Below, piece by piece: positions 38,441-52,897 of a stretch of DNA of 64,000 bases. The notes under the pieces are model-generated. The model was given only the letters and a program-made list of their open reading frames with translations. It did not search any database and was not told where the DNA came from. Both the position numbers and the translations under genes were made by a program. The DNA lies in NCBI RefSeq assembly GCF_048593235.1, contig NC_133620.1, forward strand, positions 302,327,765 to 302,391,764, read 5' to 3'. How positions within the stretch are numbered: position 1 is the first letter of the stretch; each line of letters begins with the position of its first letter. This stretch comes from Sminthopsis crassicaudata (lineage: Eukaryota).

Positions 38441-39330
38441 TCGTCCCAACATTTTTAAAAAAAGGTTTGTATCAAAGGATCAATTTTAGAGATGCAAATG
38501 TTTAGAGGAGAAATGACTTAACAAGGCAGCTTCTGGTAGGACTGTACAAGTAAAGAGGTGAATTGTTGCTGAGAGATAAGGGTATCACTGACCAAAGCTC
38601 CAGTGACAGAGCGGTTGAGGCAAAATTCTTCCAAAGCCGAACTTCCACCTCAGGCAGAGAGACGTGGGGCTACTGGCAACAATTACCTACAAGTTAGTGT
38701 AACTGCGAACTGAGGGTCACCTTTCCAACTCTGCTCAGCTACGTCATTAGGTCTGATATGCTCTAAGAGCACAGGAGCTTTGGTCACATAGTCCTAGCAA
38801 ATGAAAGATCTGGAAATCGGGAAACTTGGGCTACGAAACTTGCTGTTTCCTTTTTAAGATGGTGCTGTGAATGTCAAAAGGGCGCTCGAATATATATTTG
38901 CCTACTTCCGAATTTGTGACCTTCTAAAGCAACTCGCAGCAAACTGGGTTAAGAAGTCCCTTCATATTAAACATCCTTCCGAAGCCCAGGTAAGGTGGTG
39001 AAGCAGCCAAAGTGCGGCGCCTTAAAAATCATTAAGATATCTTTTTGAATTCAAATCTCCGTTCCGAATCAAGTAAAGAAGCAAATAACCACTACATTTT
39101 CACAAGAAAATTCCCGTAGCAGGATCAGACACGAGCAAGCCTGTATAACTAAACATCCTGTCCGGTTCCATTGTCTATGCTACTTTTAGGGTGGGACATC
39201 AGGCAGGAGGATGTGTAATCGTTATAAAGTTTTCCCGTAGCCCCTTCCAATCCGACTAGGGGTTGCACAATTATCCTTACGATATCGCTCTAAGCTGAAA
39301 TGTACACAGGCTCTCTTTGTCCAGGTGAGG

Positions 39331-39346
39331 GGCTCTGAAAAGAGCC
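39331..39346 (-). terminator. Histone 3' stem-loop of H2A
   Basis: GGCTCTTTTCAGAGCC followed by CCTCA and HDE-like AAAGAGAGCCTGT. Confidence 0.93.
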
Positions 39347-39389
39347 TTTGGGTTCAAAATGGTGAGTTCTACGGATCTCTACAGCAGTC

Positions 39390-39809
<420 letters not shown>

Positions 39810-39859
39810 CTAAAAAGTTCGAAAACGATAAACGTCCGCTTTGTAACTGCAAAACAGAA

Positions 39860-40100
39860 TTTTCGATAGCCATGGCGTAGCCACTTATACCTTCAAGAGG
39901 TAGAGAAAATAATGCTGTTTGATTGGTTGCAAACATCTTTTGATGAACAAACCAATTGAAAAGTAGAGCTAGAATCTAGTCATTTACATAGTCCCTCCTA
40001 CTTGGGTAGTTTTTTTTTTTTAATCCAATTAAACATTAGACTTTCACAAACCCTTATTTGAATAGAACAGAACCAATGAATGAGTCTAATTTTTAAAGTA
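39860..40100. promoter_or_regulatory. H2A/H2B-type divergent promoter, H2B side orphaned
   Basis: Several CCAAT boxes, ATTTACAT at 39982-39989, CCTTATTTGAAT with ATTTGAAT at 40056-40063; same layout as the intact promoter at 53931-54283. Confidence 0.75.
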
Positions 40101-41177
40101 GAGGGCGGGAAGAAGGCTGTCTAGAAGAAGGCCCCTAGAAAAGAAATCCCTAAATGAATATTTTTAAAAATTTTCGTAACGAAGCTGATGCAGCCATTGT
40201 CTTAGTTAACGAAATTGACTATTAACTCGAACGCTTTGCAGAAGATCCTACTTTGGCCCTATTACAAACCTTTCCTTCGGGTCAGAGAAAAAACAAATGT
40301 TATGTCTGTTTGGGGATCCAAAATTGTCACACACACACACAAACAAAACATCCCATTGAAAAACAGTTCTCAGCAAACTTCTAATAATCGTTCACACAGT
40401 GAAAGCTATCCTAATTTTCAAAGAACTTGTTTAATCTCTTAAAACAACAATAAAAGTTGGTGATCGGTGTATTTATGGGCAAGAAAACTTTTCCAAATCT
40501 AGTTATTATTTGCATTGATTGTTTTATTGTTTTTTAATAAAAATGGAATTGTGTGGTGGGATGATCAAGGCTTTTGAATGCATTTATTCTTTGTTTCCTG
40601 TTGTCATCCAGCACAACTCCCTTAATTTTGGACCTCAATTTCACATGTAAAATGAAGGGGTTTTACCCAGAGAGCACTCAAGCTTCCATAATAGTCTAGG
40701 AAGCCTTTTAATGCGCTTCCTTCCATCTAACGTCTTAAAGTGAAGACTAGATACTGTACTGTTAAGAGTACAAGACGTTTTTTGATGTCCTTGTGAACAT
40801 TCTGAGTTTCTGTTAGATTGGCGCTTATAGCTTATAGTTCTTTTTAGAGTCCCTCACATATTCAAAGGGAGCCTGTGCACACTTTTTATCTTTTGGCATA
40901 CCTATAAGTATGGCTGCTGTAATTGCACAGTCTAGCTAGATATGATCTAGATTAGTTCATATGTTTTTCTTAAAATTTCCTGTCTATTGGAAGGGTAATT
41001 TGATTGTCTATTTTTCTATTGTGTGGTATCCTTACAAATGGGAAATAATACTAATAACACCAATACCAAGAATGACAACTAACATTGATATATTGTGTGC
41101 CAGTAACTGTGATAAGTACTTTATAATGATCTCATTTGGTCTTCACAACCCTGGGAGGAAGATAATATTAATACCTT

Positions 41178-41700
41178 TGTAATGCCAGAGAAACTGAGGC
41201 AAGATAGAGATTAGAGAGTTTTTAATAATCTTATTTGGATTTCTGAGAGATTGTGCTGGGGTCATGTTGCCCCCAGGGCAGATGTCCAAAGCATTCACCA
41301 GCGACTGTGAGTTCTCAAAGAAATATATACACGCTCCAAGCTCAGGTTCACAAAGTGGGGTGAAATCCAAATTTTGGTGAGAGGGACTCTTCAGCAGGGA
41401 CCATCAATCCTGTTCTGCTAGGTTAGGGGGTAAGACCATAAATTCTTGATGACTTAGGAGGAATTTAGGAGCCAGGAAGTCTAGACTCTCCCTTCTCTTG
41501 AGTTTATACATTTACAATTTATAACTTTAGAGTAACTAACCCTAAATTGTATCAGTCTTAATGATCAATAGAAAGGTTGTAAACTAGGGGGATTAAAGCA
41601 GAACAATTCAGGGAAATTGAGGCAGAACAATTGGGGAAACGGAGGCAAGACAATTTAGGGAAATTGAGTCAGGACAATAAAAGGGATCTGTGACACAACA
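41178..41700 (-). mobile_element. Solo ERV1-like LTR inserted in a MIR-like SINE
   Basis: TG...CA ends; perfect 4-bp TSD CCTT at 41174-41177 and 41701-41704; MIR-like sequence on both flanks. Confidence 0.9.
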
Positions 41701-43123
41701 CCTTCATTTTATAGAGGAGGAAACTCAAGTAACTTTCTAGGGGTCACACAGCTAATAAGTAGCTGATATTACATTTGAACTCAGGTCCTTTTACTTTCAG
41801 GACCAGCTCTTGTGCAACCTAGCTGCTCTAAAATAGTTGTGCTTATTTCGTTCTTCTGTGACTGATTTCATTGTTTCCCTAAAGGCACTATCATTCCAAA
41901 GGGTTTCTTAGCATAAAGATTGAAAAGATGTCATTTTAGTTGTGTTAAAGTATTTGAATGATTGTAATATGGGAGAGGGATTCTGTTTTATTATATTCAG
42001 ACCTCATAATTTTGATTCAGTATGCCTCAAATCTGGGCTGTGGATTTTTGCTGAAAATATGTAAGTCTTATTAAGTAATCTGCAATGAAATAAACTAAGA
42101 ACCTCTATATGATGATTATTTTGATTCTAATATTAATTCCAGATGGCAGATAGTATATGCTGAACAGGGGAAGGGAGTGAAATAACTAGTGATACCTTGT
42201 GTGAATTAGGGTGAGTCATTTTGTCTCTCTTCATTTGTATATTTAGGGATGATGGTATTATGATTTTAGGAAATTATGATTAATTGGGGAACTGATAAGT
42301 CAACTGATAAGCTAGCTATTGAACACCAAAGAAATTTTTTTTAAGCATCCCTTGTCTGTATTTTTCTTTAAATTACTCATGATTAACATATTAAATATAT
42401 GATCTGCTTACAAATGCTTGATGCATTTGTACATTTTGAATCAGGACAAAAGATGTCACAGATTGTAGACTTAGTTAGAGTAGGATGCTATATATTTCAA
42501 AGTCATCCAATTAAATCTCTTTATTTTACAGATGAAACAGCTAAGGCCCAGAGAAGTGACATTGATTGAATTACAGAACTTTTTAGTTAAAGGCCATCTG
42601 ATACCACTCATATTCTCTAAAAGAATTTCCACCACAACTGCAATCATTCAAACATTACTTTGAACCTTCAATAAGACTGACAATGTACTACTTTCCAAGG
42701 AAATGGATTCCATGTTGGGTTTATTCTAATTTTTTGGAAGCTTTTCATTGTGTAATCTAAATTTGCTTATTTGAAATTTCCATTCATTGCTCCTAGTTCT
42801 TGCCTTTGGAAAAAAAAAAAAAAAGTATATTCCTAGTTCCATATGATAGCCTTTCTCATACTCAAAGATAGCTAAGTCTACCTGAGTCTTCTCTAGAATA
42901 AACATTTTCTTTTCCTATTCAGACTTATACGAACTTTTAAGTCCTTAAACTATTGATTTCTTATTTGAGTATAATCTAGTTTATCAGTGTCTTTACTAAC
43001 CTATTTTACTCAAAATTGACCAGATATAGTCTGACCAGAAGAGTACATTTGTATTATCTCTTTATTCCAGAAAGTTATGTCTCTTAATTTGACTTAAAAT
43101 TAATCAGTTTTCTTTCCTTCCTT

Positions 43124-43676
43124 CTGTGTGGGAGACACACAAAAAAGACACCCTACCAAAAAATTACTACTTAGAGTTCACTCAAAATAAAAAGCAGGAA
43201 AGATTTTTATTTATTATAGCAACTCATGAGTGGCAGGCAATCCAGGCCTTGAGGAACAAAGGAGCTCACAACAGGAGGGCAGAGGGTTAAGACATTCCGT
43301 TTTTATAGGTTCTATTACAAGAGATTACACAAATCAGAAAGCACTGAGAAGAGACCTCCTAATGGGATATTGCTTAAAAAAAAAATATGATGGTGGAAAT
43401 GGAATGTTTCAGTTTTGCCTGAAATTACCTGCTTTTTAGAAAACCTTCAATCAGAAGATAACTAAACTGACACAGTGTTTAAAATAATAGGACATTGACA
43501 GTATCAGACATTGATAAATACCACCAGTTTAGTTTAAGTAAATGTGCCTGTAAGTGATCTAGGTTTAAGTAAATAGAGATTCACACACATAAATCATAGG
43601 GAGATACAGAAGAAGTAAGATAAAAAGTATTCACACATCCCTGTAAGTTCTTCATCTCACTTCCCATTCCATACAC
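43124..43676 (-). mobile_element. Probable solo LTR related to the LTR at 63301-63835
   Basis: Shares the terminal block CCT(G/A)TAAGTTCTTCA..CCATTCCA and the left-end layout; boundaries approximate. Confidence 0.5.
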
Positions 43677-44405
43677 TTCCTTAATCGATCATGATTTTGG
43701 AGGACTGATGAAAAATATTTGACTGTTATATATTAATCCCTTCCTACATTTCCAGTCATCTCATAAGTCCATGTAATTGGTAATTAAGTGATGTTGGCTT
43801 TCTTCCTGTTTCTTGTACACATCCCAACTCTGTACATTTTCATCAAAAGTTCCCATGCCTGAAGCTCCTCAACGCTACTCTGGCATTCCTGGTTTCCTTC
43901 TATCTCACATAAAGTTTCATATTTTGAAAATCCTTTTCCAATCCTTAATCTTAAGTGTCTCCCTTCTGAAAGACCACGATATGATCTGTTTGGTTTATTT
44001 TTAGTACATCATTACCTTCATATTGTTTCTTTGAAATTGCCAGCTCCTTAAGACCAAGGACTGTTCTTAGTTGGCATATAGTAGGCAATTAACAGATACT
44101 TGTAGTCTGTAACATTAGACTCCAAAAGCAGTATGTGCTTGTAACATCTGCAATTATATTCCAATATAAAGGTTTGTCCATTATTCCCAATTGCTTTGTC
44201 ACTAGTTGAGATGAGTAGTGTTAACTGGGATTGTACTACGACTTATGCCAGTTTTAGTTAAGTTGCTGCCATTTCTGTTGTCATCTGACAATACTTCACA
44301 TCCACTATTTTGAAAAGCCCCAAAAGTAAAGGTGGGAACAGGAATGGCTATGCTAAAAAAGTTGCCGTTCTAAGTAAATTACAGCTTTCTTAAAATCAAG
44401 TAGGC

Positions 44406-44421
44406 GGCTCTGAAAAGAGCC
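44406..44421 (-). terminator. Histone 3' stem-loop of H3
   Basis: GGCTCTTTTCAGAGCC followed by GCCTA and HDE-like AAGAAAGCTGT. Confidence 0.93.
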
Positions 44422-44462
44422 TTTTAAAATTGCGAATCAGTAAACGATTTCCGAATTGCCTT

Positions 44463-44993
<531 letters not shown>

Positions 44994-46086
44994 ATAGTTC
45001 AACAACTTTGCAGGCATTAGATTGAAGTAGTTCTTCAACGTAATTGGGTACTTATTCTCTCCACCCTTTTTGAGCAGAACCTGTTAGAATTGTCTTTAAG
45101 ATTTTGTTTTTGTTTTTCTTTTCCCGCTTTCCAACCTTCTCCTGCACATACTCTTGGGTAGGGAAATCATTCGCTCTCTTTGCTTTCAGATATTGCTCCA
45201 GGACTCTTTTTCCTTTAAATGCTTCCCTATACTTTCTTTTCTTTACTGGGCAAAGCGCCCCAAAACATGAAGAAAGTATTTTTCTCCTCGCCCAATTTAA
45301 ATTAATACTCTCCTCACCTATATTAAAGTTATATATATATGTATACATGTATGTATATATGTGCATATTTTGTGTATACATTTAATATAATTTATAATAT
45401 GCTGGTTACGTAACTGCTATAATCGTGTTAAACATTAATAGACAACAATAATAATATATCTTAACGTTAAAATACTATGCAATTAGCTTATAATATGTAA
45501 TATACCTGATATATAATTTTAATCTGGATATGGAAAATTTGGTGAAAAGATTTTATTTGTGTTTTGGGGTATTTTGCAAAACAAAGGAAGATGAAACTAT
45601 AGGAAAGTGTTTAACAGAGTTCTAGAGCAACATATACAAGAAATATTTAGTAATCTTAAAAAGGTCTATTAATTTACCTAGACAATGTTTGGTGACCCAA
45701 AGAAATTCTTGATGGTAAAAAATATATAATTTAATGGAAATGGTGACCTAAAGCAAAAACTATAATGAAGAGTACTCATATATAGTTTATAGATATAGAT
45801 AATATAGGTGAAAGGAAAGAAAAATTCAGAAAGAAGTGTGTAGCATAAGGATCTAGTAGTTCACTAGAGGCAGCTTAATAATAATAACAATAAGAGCAAA
45901 CCTTCCTATAGAGCTTACCATAATTGTCCAAAGAAAATAGGCAGGTTTTGTCTTTGTGTAATTGGAGACAGATGGATCTTTAAATTTTATCATCTGATAA
46001 GATCATCATTATTGTTCTCATTATTATTATGATCCTTGGTTTTGTGATGGCTCTTACTCCTTCGAGGTAACAGAATAATCCAAATA

Positions 46087-46550
46087 TTTAATGAAGGACA
46101 AACTGAGGCAAGATAGAGATTAGAGAATTTTTAATATTTTATTTGGATATCTGAGAGGGAGAGATTGTGCTGGGGGCATGATATCCACAGGCTGATGTCC
46201 AAAGCATCCAGCAACTAATGTCCATGAAATATATACCCTTGGCTCTAAGCTTGAGTAGCTAAACAAAGGCAGGGGGTGGGGTCCAAATTCTGGAGAGCAG
46301 CAGTTCTGACAGTTTGGGGGATAGGATCATAAATTCTTACTAACTGGGAGTTAAGAAGGTGTCCAACTAGCGCCAGAAAGTCTGAAACTTAGAGATATAA
46401 ACAATGCCAATTAGGAATATGAGATAGAATATCTGGAGTCTTCTGGAATGTCAGATCTCCACAGCCCTAATTATTTTAGTTCTAATGAGTAGAAAATGGA
46501 GTTGGCACCAGGGAAACTGAGGCAGAACAATTTAGGGAAAATGTGGCACA
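46087..46550 (-). mobile_element. Solo ERV1-like LTR with decayed ends
   Basis: Same family blocks as 3890-4403 and 27082-27640; AATA duplicated at 46083-46086 and 46551-46554. Confidence 0.8.
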
Positions 46551-48501
46551 AATATTGTTATTGACCATTTGGCCTAACAGCTTATTGAACAGCTTGACAT
46601 TAGCAAATGGAGATTGGCAGGAATTTTACATTTTAGGCCTAGGTATCAGTTATTTTGAGCCCTAGTTAAAAGGTAATCTATCATTCCAAAATGGTTCATA
46701 TTTACTCTGGCCCTGATCCATCAAAGCAATTGCTCTAGGAAAACAGACCATGCACCAGGCACAAGAGGTAAATACAACTTTTCCTGAGAGGAACAGACTA
46801 CGCCTTGACAGTCCTTGCTGGCTTACTTTCCTGAGCTTTAGCATGGCAAATTGAGCAGTAGAGGTTTCTTAGGAAAAAGGAAAAGTAAGACTTAGTGGTA
46901 ATAGAACCTATTGTGCAATCTCATGAGGTGAATTTGCAGATCTGTTATATGTCTGTGTTATCTTGTCAATTAGAAAGTAAAACATCCAATTTTTACTTTT
47001 ATATTTAAAAGGATTCACCATATTTTATCCAATAGGATTTCTTAAACGTTCATGTGAAAACACGGAATGCAAATATCTTAAATGAATCCCAACAAATATA
47101 ATTTTCACCCTTTTCAGTACTGAAGGATTCCTGACTGAATAGTCTGCTATTGAGCAAAACTGTAGTTCTAATAAAGCAACTGAATGATGTCGGGCTGAGT
47201 GGAAAGGAACTTATATTCAGGACTTTCCTTGAGTGACCAAAAGATCAGAAGCAGGTGGCCAGCATTTTGTTCCAGGCAATATAAAAGATAGCCCCAGATT
47301 CCCAGAGAAATCATATCAACATCTTTTGCACTATCTTTATGGCTGTAGGCGCTTTTGAAAGTCATTCTGCTTAAGCTTGGCTTTGAGCACATCACTTATT
47401 TTCAGTGGCCCCTTATTGCTTGGAGGATAAACCCTCAGACTCAGGCTCCAGCTTCTAGTTCCAGCCTAGTAGGTCTTATGAATGTATAAGAGAGGAACAT
47501 ACATAAAAGTTAATATAATTCCTTACTCATTGCTTCAGCTTATGGATTCAGCCACTTTTAACTGGTTAAAACAAAATGAATCACTTGTTCAGTCATTAGA
47601 TGGATTTATTGTAATCATTTTTATTAGAAAAGCTAGACTGAGGGAAAAAATAGAGAAAATTAAGTTCTCTGGAAGATAGATGATAGAAATCTTTCTTAAT
47701 ACTTATTCGTTGACACAAGTCTGAGTCATATAAACCCTATTGGCAAGTTCTAGAAATCACTGGTCCTGGACCGGTTAGTACTACTTCTTTTCTAAAAATC
47801 CATAACCATCCTCTTCTAAGCATGAAGTCTTGTAACTGATAAGAAGTCTGCAACTAAATTTGATGTCCATGATAGGGAACCTCTGAAGCCATCTAGTGGA
47901 AATTCCCCGGCTAGGTACCAAAAAACAGGAACTGGCACTTGACTGTCTTAAGATCAACCATATAAAAGCAGGAAACCTAATTGTCCATCTTGTTACTGTA
48001 AAATTGGGTAGGCCAAGCCCAGTGTTAAGTCACCTTCCTGTACCTGACCGGGAGAACTATAGTTCTTCGTGTTGTTTCATCTGTTCTATTTCAAGTAGAT
48101 GTTTCATAAAATTGAGTGCCGCCTTGGGGTAGCGCACTGTTACGATGTCTGGTGTTCGGTTGCTGAAGAATGAAATGACAAACCTATTGGGGATGCAATC
48201 TGCGAATTGAGATCAGTCGACGCCAACCCCGCCTCTTCCCTGGGAATGAGAAGCCTCTCAGCAGGATTGGCTGTTATTACCTGTGCATTACGGTGTTGCG
48301 GTAGCATCTAACGCGACCAATACATCAACCGCGCTGTCCCTAGCCCACCATGAAGAGCTTCTGTCTCCGTTTTCAGAAGTGCAGAGCCTCCACAACTACG
48401 GCGGAGGACGTGCAGGGCTGACGGCTAGGTTTTAGAAAGACCCTCTTGGGTATTAGGAGTGGAAAGACCACCAAGCACAACTCTTTGGTGAAGAGATGGG
48501 C

Positions 48502-48517
48502 GGCCCTGAAAAGGGCC
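48502..48517 (-). terminator. Histone 3' stem-loop of H4
   Basis: GGCCCTTTTCAGGGCC followed by GCCCA and HDE AAAGAGTTGT. Confidence 0.95.
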
Positions 48518-48562
48518 TTTTGTGTGTAGGCGTGCAGGTGCAGGAAGCCGGACGGGAGTGCC

Positions 48563-48895
<333 letters not shown>

Positions 48896-48927
48896 CTAAC
48901 TCAATACCTAACCGCCGGCAGCCGCGG

Positions 48928-48980
48928 TATATATAGAGAACGGCCCATTCCGCCACCGGACCTCTTTGAGAACAGGAACG
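48928..48980 (-). promoter_or_regulatory. H4 promoter (TATA and H4-specific site II-like element)
   Basis: CTATATATA at 48928-48936; GGTCCG at 48957-48962 within TGTTCTCAAAGAGGTCCG, resembling the HiNF-P element. Confidence 0.75.
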
Positions 48981-50015
48981 AGGCCAGGAGGAGGGGCAGA
49001 GAGGCCGTAGGAGAGAGCGGGAGAGAAAAAAGGCAGTAAGCTCCTCCCTAAGAGGGCTGATTTGCGGCTTGTTCCTTGCTGAGAGGAGGGGAAGAGGAAC
49101 CTTATGTCGCCTGACTCTCCCGGTTTTTAAATGTTCCTTGTTTGATTCAAGGAGGCCGTGGCACTTCAGTTCCATTCAGTTCTGAAGTGATAGTACTCTC
49201 TTTGAGCTTCTGTTTTGCACGCTTTGCATTGCTGCTTTTGAGAGATGCAGTGGGAGTTTATGACTGATTTTTTGACTTCTGGTATTTTTGCCGTAAGAAA
49301 GTTGTCGAATAAAAGCCCTTGCCATCCCTTGGCCTATTGTCATTTAATTACACCACCTAGGAATTGCTCATACAAATTGCTCAACATGACTATAGGAACA
49401 AAGGCAATATTGCGATGGATGGATCCAAATGGATCTCTGAAATCCCAAGATTGTCATCAGTGCCCTCCTCCCTTCCCCTTCTCGCCTTTTGCATACAATC
49501 GTTGCTTTCACTTTTTAAAAGATGGGTTTAAAAATTGGGTTGGGGTAGGGAGCGGCCCAAGGGAGTTCAGAGATGGTGGAGGGGTAGCCCTTTGACTCTT
49601 TGACCCTTTCTCCCCCCCCCCCCCCTCAGATGCCTCCTCCCACCATCTAGCTTATCTATTATTGTGACAGAGTGCTGGGGTTCAGTTCCTCTGACCAAAA
49701 TCAGAGCAACCAATAATCTCTCGATTTCCTTTAATGGTTATTTGACTCTTGAAAAGGTGATGGAAGCCACAAGGGCAAATGCTTTTTCTCCCTCCAAGAA
49801 GTTGCTGTGGTTGCTGTGGAGATTGGGGTCAGGGAAGGGAAGAGGAATAATGGTCACCTTCGTGGGGATACTACTGGGACCCCAAGAACTGGTGATAGTA
49901 AGGGAGAGGAAAGTCAGGCACAGTCTTATGTGAGTCTTGGATTTCTTGAGAGAAAAGATTGCAAAAGGAATGAGCAGCCCTCAAGGTTGAAGTTCCTGAA
50001 GATACTCCCTGAAGA

Positions 50016-50220
50016 NNNNNNNNNNNNNNNNNNNNNNNNNNNNNNNNNNNNNNNNNNNNNNNNNNNNNNNNNNNNNNNNNNNNNNNNNNNNNNNNNNNNN
50101 NNNNNNNNNNNNNNNNNNNNNNNNNNNNNNNNNNNNNNNNNNNNNNNNNNNNNNNNNNNNNNNNNNNNNNNNNNNNNNNNNNNNNNNNNNNNNNNNNNNN
50201 NNNNNNNNNNNNNNNNNNNN
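50016..50220. other. Assembly gap (205 N)
   Basis: Run of N. Confidence 1.
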
Positions 50221-50499
50221 CAGAAAAGAGCAGTATTCGCCCATAGGGAACTTAATGAGGAGCTTAGGATAACAATCATTTTGTTTTTTAAGTACAGAAG
50301 ATGGAATCCAGCAGAGAATGGCAAATGAATTCAAAAGAATGCTAGAGTTGTATGAGAACAACATCAGGAATGCTGAAGTTCAAGAATGAATTGTGTCTGG
50401 GAATGAAACTTAAGGACCCCAGAATAGGGGTTATTTTGAGCAACGGTCCAGAAAGAGAAGATGATCCAAGACACTGATGCTGTAAGCACAGATTCAAGG

Positions 50500-50880
50500 A
50501 AGCCAAGGTTTTCAGATGAGGGAAAGCTATTTAGCTAATGTGTTGGGTGGCAGCATCAGAATCCAAAAAGCCTGGGACAGCCAAGAGCAGCAGTGTGAAA
50601 CGAATAAGGTGCTCTTCAGTAGAGGAAAATAACAATTCTCCTACACTTGGACCCCCAAACCAATTTTACAAATTGGTAATGGAAGCCTTGGCTGGACATC
50701 AGTTCCTGTGAAAAGGATCTGGGGGCTTGAGAGGACCGTAGTAAGCTCAAGAGGCTTTACCGTGAGATATGGAAGCCAGAAAAGCTAAGGAGGTCTATCT
50801 AGACCACTTCTGGAGTCGTGTGCTCAGTTCTGGGTGACAGTTTTAGATGGGTTGAAGCTGAAAATCGTCAAGGAGGTGCC
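50500..50880 (+). mobile_element. Ancient CR1/L3 RT 3' relic
   Basis: Decayed motifs resembling IQKDLD, VLHLG, EKDLGV and PHLEYCVQFW (ACCACTTCTGGAGTCGTGTGCTCAGTTCTGGG). Confidence 0.6.
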
Positions 50881-50915
50881 TGGACCAACTAAAGTAGCTT
50901 AGTTTCAAGACGTAC

Positions 50916-50923
50916 GTGTGTGT

Positions 50924-50978
<55 letters not shown>
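50916..50978. repeat. (TG)n microsatellite of about 31 units with one interruption
   Basis: Directly visible dinucleotide run. Confidence 0.98.
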
Positions 50979-50980
<2 letters not shown>

Positions 50981-51992
50981 AAAGTAGGACAGGTGGGAAG
51001 CATCCAGGGAGATGGGACAGGGCAGTGACACGGTATAGCTAGCTGCCTACATCCTCCTTTGACCTCAGAGGGTGGTTTGGAGGAGTAAATTACATTTGCT
51101 CGGTTGCAGAGAGGCAGATGATGGCTTTTGTGGGGAGGGAAATCTTCTTAACCATTTAGAGCTATCCTTAGTTGCAAAGGGATGCTTCTGTGGGTCCTAA
51201 GAAGAGGGGTTCCCTGGCTCCCCTGCCCCTAGCAAATGGCCACTTATTGGTCACTGAGCAGTGAGAATTACTGCCCTGGTACAGTTTGTGTTGGGTGGTT
51301 TTTGGGTTCCGTCCCAACTCCCAGATTCAGTGATTTTTCTTTTTCTTTTTCTTGAGTTGAATCAAAGGGAAATAAGGAAGCAGCTCAATTACGGGCTTTT
51401 CTCCTGCCCTCCCCCCAACCCCAGCATCCTCTCCCCTTCCCCATGAACATCTAGGCCTTTCTCTGGTCTCAAGCGGCTTGAACCTGAAAAGGTGAAAGTT
51501 TACTAGGTGAAATTAGCGGTCCAAGGACCTTCCCAAGCCCCTTGTGTCTTGAAGGGAACTGCCTGCCTTGGATGCAAAATCCTCCTTGCTGCTGCATCTC
51601 TTTCCCATGAATCCCTATGCCGAAATCGCGGAAGAGCCTGTGCTATTTCCTTCAGCGAGAAACGCGATTTCGATGTAAATGTGAAAGGAATGTTTATCGT
51701 TTTTGAATAAAAGAGAAGTCCAGCGTGTGCTTAAGTATACTGTGGAGGAAAGGCCATCGGGAGTAAAAGGGCAACTCTCGAATTTCCAGGAAACACAGGG
51801 AGTTGTCGCCACCTGAGCTGAGTTTTGTGGAGAGTTAGGGAGATCGGGAAAAGCTCCGAGTGCAATATTTAAGGCTTCAGAAAGAAGCTGAGCGGCAGAC
51901 GAACCCAGAATCTCGTCGCTTCAGATTCGGAGAGAAATAGCTGGATGGCGTGCCGGGAATTGTTGTATTTTCCCCTTTTTTTCCGGGCTAAG

Positions 51993-52090
51993 AAACACAA
52001 CCATGAAGGAGAGTCGAGTGGCTGTAAGAGACAGAGAAGGCGGGTTGCACAGCGCACCAATCACAGCACGGCTCCCTTGTCTATATATAG
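51993..52090 (+). promoter_or_regulatory. H1 promoter
   Basis: H1/AC box AAACACA at 51993-51999, GC box AGGCGGG at 52038-52044, GCACCAATCACAGC with CCAAT at 52057-52061, CTATATATAG at 52081-52090. Confidence 0.9.
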
Positions 52091-52178
52091 TCCCAGGCCC
52101 AGCAGTCTCAGCTACAGAGACCGTGGTGGTCTGTCTTCCTTTGCTTGTCTGTTTTGGAGGCAGTCAGAGCAGAAAGCC

Positions 52179-52838
52179 ATGTCCGAGACAGCCCCCGCTG
52201 CCCCGGCCGCTCCGGCTCCCGCGCCAGCTGAGAAGACCCCGGTGAAGAAGAAGGCTAAGAGGGCTGCGGGGTCCGGCGGAGCCCGGCGTAAGGCCGCCGG
52301 CCCCCCAGTGTCCGAGCTGATCACTAAGGCGGTGGAAGCCTCCAAAGAGCGCAGCGGCGTGTCTCTGGCCGCCCTGAAAAAGGCGCTGGCAGCCGCCGGT
52401 TACGACGTGGAGAAGAACAACAGCCGCATCAAGCTGGGGCTCAAGAGCTTGGTGAGCAAAGGCACTTTGGTGCAGACCAAAGGCACCGGTGCTTCCGGTT
52501 CTTTCAAGCTCAACAAGAAGGCTTCTGCCGGCGACGGGAAAGCCAAGGCCAAGAAAACTGCTGCGGCCAAGGCCAAGAAGCCCGCTAGCGCTGCGGCCAA
52601 GAAGACCAAGAAGGCGGCCGGGGCGGCAGGTGCCAAGAAGAATGTGAAGAAGACTCCCAAGAAACTAAAGAAACCGGCTGCGGTGGGAGCCAAGAAGGCG
52701 ACCAAGAGTCCCAAGAAGACCAAGGCCGCGAAGACGAAGAAAGTGGCCAAGAGCCCTGCTAAGGCCAAACTCGTGAAGCCCAAGGGGGCTAAGCCGAAGG
52801 CCGCTAAGCCCAAGAAGGCAGCGCCAAAGAAAAAATGA
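52179..52838 (+). CDS. H1: Replication-dependent somatic linker histone H1 (H1.4-like N-terminus)
   Basis: 219 aa: [25 protein letters not shown], winged-helix globular domain, lysine-rich tail with S/TPKK motifs; stem-loop downstream. Confidence 0.97.
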   Translation: MSETAPAAPAAPAPAPAEKTPVKKKAKRAAGSGGARRKAAGPPVSELITKAVEASKERSGVSLAALKKALAAAGYDVEKNNSRIKLGLKSLVSKGTLVQTKGTGASGSFKLNKKASAGDGKAKAKKTAAAKAKKPASAAAKKTKKAAGAAGAKKNVKKTPKKLKKPAAVGAKKATKSPKKTKAAKTKKVAKSPAKAKLVKPKGAKPKAAKPKKAAPKKK

Positions 52839-52881
52839 ACTAAAGGCGCTTCGGAAAATCTCCGCTTTTAGAAGCCTCAAA

Positions 52882-52897
52882 GGCTCTTTTCAGAGCC
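52882..52897 (+). terminator. Histone 3' stem-loop of H1
   Basis: CAAA-GGCTCTTTTCAGAGCC-ACCCC, then GAGAAAGGGCT. Confidence 0.95.

Noticed and set aside
38580-39300. CpG-containing non-repeat DNA downstream of H2A as a possible additional histone pseudogene
   Set aside because: No collinear histone peptide or stem-loop could be recovered by eye.
48120-48370. CpG-rich stretch with ATGTCTGGT resembling an H4/H2A start
   Set aside because: Similarity ends after three codons and the frame closes quickly; no stem-loop.
51945-52178. In-frame upstream ATG giving a 78-aa N-terminal extension of H1
   Set aside because: It lies upstream of and spans the AC box, CCAAT and TATA, so it is not in the normal mRNA; the ATG at 52179 gives the canonical SETAP start.
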